64,000 bases of DNA, taken from positions 248,001 to 312,000 of the forward strand of contig BCKZ01000012.1 of assembly GCA_001600815.1 (NCBI GenBank), in the 5' to 3' direction. The stretch's first letter is position 1. Every line of letters starts with the position of its first letter. Shown in pieces: positions 1-9,920 of the stretch. The notes below the pieces were generated by a model, which was not told where the DNA came from, ran no database searches, and saw only the letters and a list, made by a program, of their open reading frames with translations. The translations under genes were made by a program, and so were the position numbers. Origin of the DNA: Alloascoidea hylecoeti. Taxonomy: Eukaryota.

Positions 1-1380
1 TAGAAGAATAACCAGAAGCATGAGAAAAGCCGTGAGTGAAAACATTGGTGTTACAGATCCATTCTTAGGATATCATTGCATCCTCTACTCCTTCTAAGAT
101 ATTGTCATCATTATAATTATCAACACCAACTGTATTCCTCAAAACATCTTCATTACCAGATAACTCTTGGTGACCGGTAACATACAAAAAAAATCTCACT
201 TCCAGTATTATCAACATACCTCTTTCGTATCTGATGACAATAGTTAATATCAGCATATTATTATATATATATCTGTTCTATAAAAAACAATTAGGAATGG
301 CTGACTATATAATTAGTACTAAACATCGAGCCTTATTTCATAAACTAATCACAACAAAAACAAATTTTAATAAAGATAATCCTTTATATCTAACATATTT
401 AAAGAGAAAATGTATCCTTCTTGCAAGAGAAACAAGATCTTTGGGTGCTTTTTAGCAGTTGTTAAGATTCCCGAATGTCAAAAGGATATTTTGTCTTGCA
501 ATTGTAATGACAAAGATGAAAGGAAAACTTGGATTTGCATTGTTGAAAGTCTAAGAAGAATAGTACCTGTTTACAAAGAGTTCATGAATAATACTGTTCT
601 GATCCCCTTTGACCTTAGGTCGAATGTACCAAATCTCTAATGAGAGTTGTTATCTGTTTGCTTCATTCTCTAACAATTTTTTGATTAATTAATTTCTATC
701 TAATTTTTATCTATCTCTACAACAATCTATTGTCCTATATATTCTGAATCAGTTGTTGATGATTTAACACGGCCCGGGTCCCCTATGGAATATAACCAAT
801 CCAAATTAGTTTGTGAACACATTATCAAAGGAACCAGTAAGCAGATGGGAATATGTTATATCAGCTAGAATAGAGCGGATTATTGGTGATACCTAGAACG
901 GTCTTTGGAATCTTAATGAAGCTTACTCATTAAGGATGGAGAGTATCAAAGTTATAAAATAAAGCGCTTAAAAAAATTTCTAGCTCTTTAATCTTGTAAT
1001 CTGTTGATATTGATTCAAATGTACTTTTGGATTATTTAATTAAGGGAGAAGATGCATGGTCATAGTATTAATATCCCGAGACGGTTAACAATGTTACAAC
1101 ATCAAAACTTTTGAGTTGGACCAAAGATAATTTATACTGTTAGACCTTCAAACAGAAGTTGGATTAGAAATACTATTAATAGATGGTTAAAATCGTGAGA
1201 AAACAGTCGTAATACTGCTAAAATCAATTCTATCATTACATTGCTGGACTTATAAAGACAAATAAGATCTAAATGTTCTAGAATTTTCTACTAAAATAAC
1301 AGAAGATATAAGTTTATCACACTTATCACCTTGTTTAAATGAATTTGATAACGTTATTAGTATTTTCGTTGGGCGGGTAT
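1..1380 (+). pseudogene. Decayed NRPS-like (thiolation + thioester reductase, R domain) pseudogene, probably continuing left of the window
   Basis: Collinear degenerate R-domain motifs across frames: ILLARETRSLGAF*QLLRFPNVKRIFCL (from 414; cf. VLLTGATGSLGAHILAQLL..PxVKKVYCL), EYNQSKLVCEHII (788; YxxSK), ARIERIIGDT*NGLWNLNEA (864), SWTKD, RWLKS*ENS..NSIITLLDL. Multiple stops and frameshifts. Confidence 0.8.
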
Positions 1381-2194
1381 AATGAATCATGAAGAGGTTG
1401 CAGTCGGAAAATCACCCTAAACATATTTACGATTATAATTATAAAGTAATATTAATATAACTAAAAGACTAAATTTAAACCAACTAATGTTTTTGAAATG
1501 AAAGGCGAAGTAATCACAAGTACTACTGTATCTCTATAAGATCTTATAGCCAACGTTAACGGCCTACATTAATATTACACACTGTTTATGTATGCATGTC
1601 CCAATATATGATGTGTCAAGTGTAAGTTATAACCTATAGCTGTAAATGTGTTTTTGACCCCAAATTTTTAAGCTGGATATTATTATTGTACTAAGTATTT
1701 ATATATAATCATAACTCCATCAAAAAGATTTCATCACATCACTAGTACTAATTTCATCAATAATATATAATAATTTCTTTAATAAAAAGTAGATGGATAT
1801 CAACAAGTAAATGTTTTCATTTCTTTCTTTCTTTCTTTCGTATATGTACAGTACAGTAACACTAATATGTTAATAAAAAATCAATAAAAAAAAAGCAAAA
1901 TTTTTAAACCTGATAAAAAACAAATGAACGAATACCAAAAAAAAAAAACTTAAGAAAAAAAAAAAAAAATTGTGTCAATAAAAATAATAAATAATAGTGT
2001 GGATATACCAAATAAAAAACTTAATTTGTAAAAAATAAAGAGAGATTAAATTGGAGGAAAATAAGAGCGCCCTTTTCATAATCATAATCATCATTATCAT
2101 AATATCACCTATTGTAATATTAATTGTATATTGCATATTTAAAGATTGTATATTGTATACAGTATATGGTATATCCACTATACCAATATATGGA

Positions 2195-3565
2195 TTAACT
2201 GTGGGAATTGCGTGGTGGTGCAGGATGGCTTGAATCCATATATGTGTCAATTGGAAATGAAGTCGGATTTCTAAAATCCAAATAGGAGTTTGATTGAGGA
2301 GTAATCGAGTTATTATTGTTATTACTGATATATCCATTGTTTGTATTCATAGGATAATCCAAATTAAAATTACCTTCTGGGAAATCTTGTAGACCTGAAA
2401 CGTCAAAATCTGAGAAAAGAGAAGAAGTGTCTAGAGATTTAAGGGATTGGGCATCGAGTGATGTTGTTGGAAAGTCAGGCAAGTTAAATAAATTATCCGG
2501 AAATTCGAAAAGTTCATTTTTTGCTGATTGAGGTTGAACGGGTTGTGGCGTAACAATATTATTATTATTTAAAACGACATTATCGTTTGTATTTGGATTA
2601 TTGGTTCCAGGAGAAGTCGCCTTGGCGCTAGAATAACTATTTTGATCTTGAAATCCATTGCCTATAAGTGGCAATAAGGGGAAAGCACCTTCTAAGCCTG
2701 ATGAAGTACTTGGATTCGTAGCCACGGTCATATTTGAGAAATCTGAATTAGCACTTTCCAAAGTTGTGCTGTCATCGGAGAAAGCGTCTAACAAACCATG
2801 TCCAAAATCTAGTTGAATACCATCATAGATATTAGATTGTATATGAGAAGCAGAAATAAAAGGATATTCATCAAGATTAACAGTTACCTCTCCGGGGCGA
2901 TTGTGCGCATTTGGACTAGTCATAGGAGTAAAAGTCGACAAAACTTCCATTCCAACCTGTTTTTGCTGTTGACGCGCTCTAGTTGAGTCTTGTTGTTGAG
3001 CCCACCTTGATCTGATATTACGCTTGTTATCTTCTTGTACTGAACCATTGAGTGAGCTTTGATGGGAAACAGGAGACCATTTGCTTGAATCTGTAGGAGG
3101 ATTTTGAGAGATGGATACGGAGGACTGCACTGACATGGGAGTTGAAGACCTTGAAACAGGAGATGAATAACCCGACCCATTATTGTCTTCGAGCAAGGCT
3201 TTGAGGGCAGTTGCAGAGGAATCATGACGCTGGCGAGGAACCCGGGGAGTAGATTCCTTTTGGTCCTTTGGAGGAGCAGCTCCCGAGACACGAATACTGG
3301 AAGACCTTTGTTTTCTCTTTGGACCACAGGAACACTGGCCAGACGAGTGGCAATCACAGGTAGAGTTGTTGCCTTTCTTCCCACAAGAGCAATTTGCGTG
3401 CAGAGATCTGGATTTACGGGAATCTCTACAGTGTTGGCACTGAGAAGCCGGTCTTCCTTTGGGCTTGATTTGGAACAGGGGCAGATCCACGTGGGTGCAC
3501 GTTGTCACGCGGTGGCCCCTTATACACCTTTCGCAGGCATACTTCATACCATCGATCACGACCAT
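2195..3565 (-). CDS. Copper-fist transcription factor (Haa1/Cup2/Ace1 family)
   Basis: N-terminus MVVIDGMKYACERCIRGHRVTTCTH...KPKGRP..QCQHCR, Cys-rich cluster, acidic S/N-rich tail. Neighbours are YRB30 and RAD54, as for S. cerevisiae CUP2. Confidence 0.93.
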   Translation of the reverse strand: MVVIDGMKYACERCIRGHRVTTCTHVDLPLFQIKPKGRPASQCQHCRDSRKSRSLHANCSCGKKGNNSTCDCHSSGQCSCGPKRKQRSSSIRVSGAAPPKDQKESTPRVPRQRHDSSATALKALLEDNNGSGYSSPVSRSSTPMSVQSSVSISQNPPTDSSKWSPVSHQSSLNGSVQEDNKRNIRSRWAQQQDSTRARQQQKQVGMEVLSTFTPMTSPNAHNRPGEVTVNLDEYPFISASHIQSNIYDGIQLDFGHGLLDAFSDDSTTLESANSDFSNMTVATNPSTSSGLEGAFPLLPLIGNGFQDQNSYSSAKATSPGTNNPNTNDNVVLNNNNIVTPQPVQPQSAKNELFEFPDNLFNLPDFPTTSLDAQSLKSLDTSSLFSDFDVSGLQDFPEGNFNLDYPMNTNNGYISNNNNNSITPQSNSYLDFRNPTSFPIDTYMDSSHPAPPRNSHS

Positions 3566-3650
3566 CAGGAGCTATGTAGTTTGATTAGAGCAGAAAATTG
3601 GATGAGAAAGAAAAACAGGACGAATGACGGCTTTGATGAGATGGGAATGT

Positions 3651-3663
3651 CCGGGTAACGCGT
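3651..3663. promoter_or_regulatory. Reb1-type site (CCGGGTAA) overlapping an MCB-like ACGCGT
   Basis: Exact motifs about 90 bp upstream of the copper-fist TF ATG. Confidence 0.5.
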
Positions 3664-4348
3664 TTTTCCAGAAAAACAAAACTGAAATTTTTTAAAATTG
3701 GCTGCAACTGAACGGATTCACACCTTTAAGCCCTGTGCTGACGCTTACCTACAAATGTCCGACACGCGGACTGCTTGGGGCGGCCCTTACCCTGCCTCCG
3801 GATAAAACCCCTCGGCTTCCGGCTTTTTTGCCCTCGTCGCGTCGTAATCCGGCCTGCCTAATTAGCTCCGCCTGCTGTATCTGTGCATAGTCAGTAACGG
3901 CTCGTATCTCACTACGAACTGGGAACTCCACCGTGGACGAAAATGGTTTATTGCGATAGGAAGCTACCTCTAATTGTTGGGTTATTTCTAGGCTAATTAT
4001 CTTATATTGCCTTGGCATAGTAAAATTGTGATGTGGCAAGAGAAAGAAATGAACGGCTGCAGCTGAGGCTAAGCGTTATAAAAACGCATTAATTAAAGCT
4101 TATAATTATCGTGCATTGCACACAAAAATATCTGGATTCTGGATTGTGAACATACTTTTGTTTATTAAAGAGAGCATTCCCATTTATTTATTCGTTACAT
4201 CGTCTACATAAGTAGCACCATGCACATAGTACAAACCTAACGTTGACGTTGCTGCTAGCTATAGCGTTGTTCTGGTAGCATAGTTCTAAACTTCTAATTA
4301 GATCTTTTAATTATAGCTAGCTGTAAATATTATAAATCTAAATTTCTT

Positions 4349-6640
4349 TCATTCAATACTTTCGCGATGGCGCTCATCGCGCTCGCCTCGAACTTGATTC
4401 CTGCTTCCACTACTACTACTACTTCTACTACTACTCCCACTCAATCCACTTTCTTGTGATCCATCCCCAATTGCAATTTGAGCCACCGCTTTTAACCTCA
4501 TCCTTAGATCATTATTTCCTCCGAAATAACCATTCTTATGCAATTTTCCTGCCATCGGAGTTGATGACATTAATCGTACAAGATCTCGATGCTTCTTACG
4601 GTCCTTCTCCCATGGTGTTAACACCTTATTCGCATATACCGATCCTGGAATATGACTACCCTTTTCTTTCTGTTCCACTCTACTCTGAGGAGTAACAAAT
4701 ATGTCATCTTCAAACTCGGGAGTGATTGCGGCAGGTGACGACTGCAATTTCATATCTGTTTTCCTTTTATTTTCGGTTTTAGGAGTATGTACTGACATCA
4801 CCTTATGGCTTGACCAAGAAGATTGAATAGTAGTGGAACGATTATTATTATTACCTGAATTAGAAACTCGTCTTTGCATTGTTGCTGTTGGTGTTCCTTT
4901 AGACATTCCACTTTGACTTGATTGTGCTTGAGACTGTTTATTGTTTTCCGCCTTGGTTGTAGAATTTTCATCATGAAGGTATAACGAGAGTCTTTCGTCA
5001 TGTACTTGCAACAGTGAAGTTTGATCATTAGATTGAAGAGCTGTTAATCTTAAAATATACTCTAAAAGTGACAAAGAATCTTGATCATATTCATTATCTT
5101 TATTACATTGTCTAGAAAGAGATTGAATTGAGTTTTCTCTTGAAGGAGTTTTAGGAGATAATGATGATCCAAGTTGGTCTCTACCTATCTTAATCGTTTC
5201 ATAATATTCATGATCATCATCTTCTACATCATTATCTTCATAACTTTCTCCTATATCATATTGTTCAAATGCAATCCATTCTATAGACCCTGGATTTGGT
5301 TTAGACTCATTCAATTCTCCATCTTCATTATCACTCTCTAAAATATCATTGACATTAAATGCTTGTGAATTGATATTATCTTCTGAAACTTCATAGTTTT
5401 CATCATCAATACTACTAGCAATATATTCTTGATTTATCTTTAATACTAAAACCGGAGATTTTGATTCTTCAATTTTTAATAATTTCCCAGCTGCACTGAA
5501 AAACAATTTTGTTATGACAGAAACATCAATCTCTTTAATTATTTGATTATCATTTTCATCATGATATCTACCATCATTAAAATCTTCTTCAATTGATAAT
5601 ATATAAGAATATTTTAATTTATTTTTATAATTAGAATTAGATTCTTGTAATTTTATTTGTGATAATGATGTAGTTAATTCATTAATACTTTGTTCATTAT
5701 AAATACTGTTTATACTTTTTGGTGTACTTGAAATACTAGAATTTCTTGAATGTTGTTTACTATTATTAATATTCTCAATAGATTTAGATTTTGAGACATT
5801 AATAGGAATTCTAAATATTCGAACATTACATTTTGCAAATTCTTCTCTCCATATAATTTCAGTTGTTGATCTTGTTGGATTATGAAATATACTATACATA
5901 ACTAATGTAAAAGTTGGACCAATTTGAACTTTTAAATCTTTTAAATTTCTTTCATTTTGATTATAATAATTTCGTTTATTAATATATCTCATTTGTTTTT
6001 CAAATTTTTTATCTCCTTCAATAACATAATTTGAAGCTTGTAATAATCTACCAGGAGAAACATAAGTTGGTAAACTTGCACTTAAATTTGCACCTGATGT
6101 TGTTAATGATAATGTTATTAATGGAATAACTTTTTCAATTCTTATTAATAAATCATTCATATAATTTTCAACATTTGTAATTGCATCTGTAACATGTTTT
6201 GATTGAAGTCGAGTTTTATGTTTAGTACCATTATTAATTGATTTTTCTTTCCCTTTCCCTTTACTCTCTAATTTAGTTTTAGTTTTTGAACCAGATATTG
6301 AATTTGAATCTACATCAATAGATTCAGTTAATTCCGCAACACGTATATCAAATTCCTCCAATTCATCCCTTAAAATTGATGTTAATTTTAAAGTACTATC
6401 TAAACTTGTATTTCCTCGTGCTGCTACAAGTTGTAATAAATCGATAGCAGGTGTAACTATTCTAATTCGTGTTTGTAATTCTTCTTTTGTTTTTTTTAAA
6501 TTATTTTTATTATCATCTTCGGGTAATTTAGATAGAAAATTTGAAATGGTTTTAATTGCTACTGTTGAAGCAAGGGATATTCCTGATCGAATGGCGAATG
6601 TAACAGCTTGTGATCCTGCTTTTGCTAAAAGTTCATCCAT
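4349..6640 (-). CDS. YRB30: RanGTP-binding protein Yrb30
   Basis: MDELLAKAGSQAVTFAIRSGISLAST, PAIDLLQLVAARGNTSL, EDFNDGRYH, LSLLEYILRL motifs. Confidence 0.92.
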   Translation of the reverse strand: MDELLAKAGSQAVTFAIRSGISLASTVAIKTISNFLSKLPEDDNKNNLKKTKEELQTRIRIVTPAIDLLQLVAARGNTSLDSTLKLTSILRDELEEFDIRVAELTESIDVDSNSISGSKTKTKLESKGKGKEKSINNGTKHKTRLQSKHVTDAITNVENYMNDLLIRIEKVIPLITLSLTTSGANLSASLPTYVSPGRLLQASNYVIEGDKKFEKQMRYINKRNYYNQNERNLKDLKVQIGPTFTLVMYSIFHNPTRSTTEIIWREEFAKCNVRIFRIPINVSKSKSIENINNSKQHSRNSSISSTPKSINSIYNEQSINELTTSLSQIKLQESNSNYKNKLKYSYILSIEEDFNDGRYHDENDNQIIKEIDVSVITKLFFSAAGKLLKIEESKSPVLVLKINQEYIASSIDDENYEVSEDNINSQAFNVNDILESDNEDGELNESKPNPGSIEWIAFEQYDIGESYEDNDVEDDDHEYYETIKIGRDQLGSSLSPKTPSRENSIQSLSRQCNKDNEYDQDSLSLLEYILRLTALQSNDQTSLLQVHDERLSLYLHDENSTTKAENNKQSQAQSSQSGMSKGTPTATMQRRVSNSGNNNNRSTTIQSSWSSHKVMSVHTPKTENKRKTDMKLQSSPAAITPEFEDDIFVTPQSRVEQKEKGSHIPGSVYANKVLTPWEKDRKKHRDLVRLMSSTPMAGKLHKNGYFGGNNDLRMRLKAVAQIAIGDGSQESGLSGSSSRSSSSSGSRNQVRGERDERHRESIE

Positions 6641-7117
6641 TATATTATTATTAAGTGAAAAATTGTGGATGCACGTGTAATAAAAAGTGGATCCGGAATG
6701 CCGTGAGATTTGAAAATTTCAGTTAGCTATAGAGTTGTTGACCCATCGAAAATTAATGTTGATGGTATCAAATTTAAATTTAAAGGGGGTTCAAGGCTTC
6801 AAGCATTAATACAGGGATTTCACTTAATTTAGGCCATTATGAGTACTAATTATCAGCTACATTATTAATTTTAATACAAGTGAATATGGGATATGGAACA
6901 AGTTTAGTTTCAGGAGTCATATCTAGACAAAACAACTTAGTACTGGATATGGCCGATATTAAGTGAAATGACTATGTAATCACAAAAAATATTAAATGAA
7001 ATGTTTATATATATATATATATATATATATATTTTAATTGTAAAATTATTTATACCAATCAATTAATCCCAAAAATCCACATCAAAACAAATAACAAAAA
7101 TACACTTAAAATCAATA

Positions 7118-9535
7118 TTAATGAGAAACATATTGAAAAACAAAACTAACTTCTTGATTTCCAGATTCATTTTTTAATAACATATCTTCAGTCTTACTCA
7201 ATTCTTCATTATTTACATGATTCCAAGTTGTTGAATCACCATATAACATTGCAGGAGATTTTATAAATTGTTTACCATTTTTACATCTTTTACATTTAAA
7301 AGTATCATGAGTATCACAAACAGTATTTGGATGATATTGAAATAATTGTCTTAAATTATCAGATGAAAATAATCTATCAACATCTTGTACTTCATCAACA
7401 ACACAAGAAGATAAAGATAATTTCATTGATTGTCTTTGAAATATTTTTTCTTCAATTGTACCAGTTGTTATAAAACGATAAACAAAACAATCTTTTTTTT
7501 GACCATCACGCCAAACTCTTGCTAAAGCTTGTTGATCAGCAGCAGGATTCCAATCAGGATCAATTAAAATTAATCTATTTGCACCAATTAAATTTAAACC
7601 ACAACCACCAGCTTTACTACTTAATAAAAAAACAAATTCTTCACCATTTGGATCATTAAATTTATCAACTAATTTTTGTCTTTTATTAATATTCATTGTA
7701 CCATCAAGTCTTAAAACACCATATCGATGTGAACGACACATTTTATCAAGTAAATCTAAAGTTTGAGTATAATTTGAAATTAAAACAATTTTATCATTTG
7801 TTTCTTTTTTAATTGTATATAACATTCTTTCCAAAATCATAAATTTACCAGAAAACCAAGTTTGAATTTCTCTATTTCTGCATGAATTATTTTTATTTGG
7901 ATCAATATAATCATCAGGAATTAAATCATCACAACCTTCAATATCATCAGGTAAATTTAATAAAGCAGGATGATTACATAATTTTTTTAATAAACCAATT
8001 GCTTTTAAAGGTTGTGAACCAACACCTTTTAATAATTTTTTAATTTCTGGTGAAGTTATAAAATGATTATATAATTTTTTTTGAAAAGATGATAATTCAA
8101 CAAAAACAACATGTTCATATTTAATTGGTAAATATTTTGATAAAATATCATTTGTTCTTCTAATTATAAATTTTGAAACTAATTCATTTAATTCTGAAAG
8201 TTTTTCATTACCTTTTAAAACTTCTTTTTCAGTTGCATCAGCATCTCTGCCACGTAAGATTGATAATTCATAATTTTTTCTAAATTCAATTCTAGTACCA
8301 ATTAGATTTGGATTTGCAAAATTTAATAATGAAAAATATTCAGATAAATCATTTTGAATTGGAGTACCAGATAATATAACACGTCTTTTAACATTTAAAG
8401 AATCAAGAGCAGTAAAAGTTAAAGATTCACCATTTTTTAAACGATGACCTTCATCACATAACATTAAACCAACTTCACTATTACCTAATTCAGTTACATT
8501 TCTTCTTAAAGTTTCATAAGATATTATTAAAACAGGTCTAACGATAGATCTACCAGTAGCTTGAGCCCATTGTCTTAAAGAAGAAGCCAAATCTTTACTT
8601 TTGGTACTTTTCCCATCAACAGCAAAGGGATTAATTGCACCTTCACCTAACCATTTTATCAATTCATTTGCCCAATTTTTAACCAAACTTGAAGGACAAA
8701 CTATTATACATTTATCAATTGTACGTTTTCCTTGTGGAGATTGTTTTAAAAGAGTCCACATTAAAGCAATACATTGTAAAGTTTTACCAAGACCCATTTC
8801 ATCAGCCATAATACAACCAAATGCGCGTTTATCTATTAAACCGGTGACACACCTATATAAGAATTTAACACCTTCTAATTGATGAGGACGTAATATTTTA
8901 GTTAATCTGGGATCAATTACAACAGGAACATTTGGGTATTTTCTTTTCCCTTCATTATCATTTAAGGATATGCCTAAGATTTCAGCTAAACTCTTATGAT
9001 GTTTTTTCGAAGGTTGGGAAGTTGGAGGTGTTTGTTCTTGAGGATTATCATTTTCTTCGAGTAGTTGTTGTTCTTGTTCTGGATCATCATCGACAGTAGG
9101 ATCATATAAAACGATTGCGAACTCGCCACATGGATCGTATAAAGGCCTTGGAACGAGATTCGGTTTTCTTCTTGTTCCTAAGGGTGGAGGTGGTAGAGGG
9201 ATTCCAAAAGTATTTAATGATTTTTTCGCGTTTCTGGAAAGAGGAACAGTGAAGTGTTTCCTAAGAGTGAGCTCGGGATCCAGGTTTTCCTTTTTCCTAT
9301 AGGTACACAGACTGCCTTTGTGTCTCTCCACATTTGCATCCAAAACGGTTAGAGGAGAAGCAGGCTGGTCCTCAGCATAATTAATGAATTTCGATCTGGC
9401 TCTTCGCAGCGGGAGGCTTGAAGTTGAGCTACGCGCTTGGATTGGGATCCTGAAAGGCTTGAGAAGAACAGCGGTGGAATCGGTTTTCGCGCGTTTTGCA
9501 GGTCTCCGGGAGGATTTCTGTGGGTTGGCGATCAT
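7118..9535 (-). CDS. RAD54: SNF2-family DNA translocase Rad54
   Basis: GCIMADEMGLGKTLQ, DEGH, LSGTPIQNDL, QALARVWRDGQKK, plus the Rad54 N-terminal PRPLYDP..EFAIVLYDP. First ATG is at 9535 (the track start at 9577 is TTG). Confidence 0.97.
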   Translation of the reverse strand: MIANPQKSSRRPAKRAKTDSTAVLLKPFRIPIQARSSTSSLPLRRARSKFINYAEDQPASPLTVLDANVERHKGSLCTYRKKENLDPELTLRKHFTVPLSRNAKKSLNTFGIPLPPPPLGTRRKPNLVPRPLYDPCGEFAIVLYDPTVDDDPEQEQQLLEENDNPQEQTPPTSQPSKKHHKSLAEILGISLNDNEGKRKYPNVPVVIDPRLTKILRPHQLEGVKFLYRCVTGLIDKRAFGCIMADEMGLGKTLQCIALMWTLLKQSPQGKRTIDKCIIVCPSSLVKNWANELIKWLGEGAINPFAVDGKSTKSKDLASSLRQWAQATGRSIVRPVLIISYETLRRNVTELGNSEVGLMLCDEGHRLKNGESLTFTALDSLNVKRRVILSGTPIQNDLSEYFSLLNFANPNLIGTRIEFRKNYELSILRGRDADATEKEVLKGNEKLSELNELVSKFIIRRTNDILSKYLPIKYEHVVFVELSSFQKKLYNHFITSPEIKKLLKGVGSQPLKAIGLLKKLCNHPALLNLPDDIEGCDDLIPDDYIDPNKNNSCRNREIQTWFSGKFMILERMLYTIKKETNDKIVLISNYTQTLDLLDKMCRSHRYGVLRLDGTMNINKRQKLVDKFNDPNGEEFVFLLSSKAGGCGLNLIGANRLILIDPDWNPAADQQALARVWRDGQKKDCFVYRFITTGTIEEKIFQRQSMKLSLSSCVVDEVQDVDRLFSSDNLRQLFQYHPNTVCDTHDTFKCKRCKNGKQFIKSPAMLYGDSTTWNHVNNEELSKTEDMLLKNESGNQEVSFVFQYVSH

Positions 9536-9537
9536 AA

Positions 9538-9575
9538 TGTGTGTGTTTGTGTTTGTGTTTGTGTTTGTGTTTGTC
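9538..9575. repeat. (GTTTGT)n / GT-rich microsatellite just upstream of the RAD54 ATG
   Basis: Direct inspection. Confidence 0.85.
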
Positions 9576-9598
9576 AAATGCAGTCAAAGTGCAAGGAC

Positions 9599-9701
9599 CG
9601 GGCATGTGACATGGCACGTGGTTCCTGGGTCACGTGGCATGTCTCACGTGGTTCCATATGGTCTCACGTGAGACATGCCACGCCACGTCACATGACCCCG
9701 G
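9599..9701. promoter_or_regulatory. Palindromic E-box array (4x CACGTG plus CATGTG/CACATG) in the divergent RAD54 / fumarate reductase promoter
   Basis: CACGTG at 9615, 9631, 9645 and 9665. Perfect 18-bp inverted repeat 9633-9650 / 9665-9682. Confidence 0.8.
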
Positions 9702-9920
9702 ATTCCAGAAAAGTGGAGTCACTTTAAAATCTCCAAAAAGTGGTCTTATTATAATTATTCAGAAACAGACAGCCTCGGCTTTCTCAGCAGCCATGAGCGT
9801 GCTCTGGCAATGCTGTAGCCAATTACGCCCCTGCAAGTAATCATCCCCACTTGTGCCTGAATATAAATATAAATATAAATATCACAGTCTCTTCCCTTCC
9901 ACTCGTCTTCTCCAATTGAC

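Noticed and set aside
1975..2337. Hydrophobic ORFs 1975-2337(-) and 2051-2233(+)
   Set aside because: Low-complexity AT-rich 3' UTR of the copper-fist gene; no family motifs.
3224..4039. ORFs 3224-3658(+) and 3749-4039(-)
   Set aside because: Antisense or promoter ORFs explained by locally high GC.
9615..9700. Point centromere (CDEI) reading of the TCACGTG sites
   Set aside because: No adjacent AT-rich CDEII or CDEIII; it lies in a GC-rich promoter.
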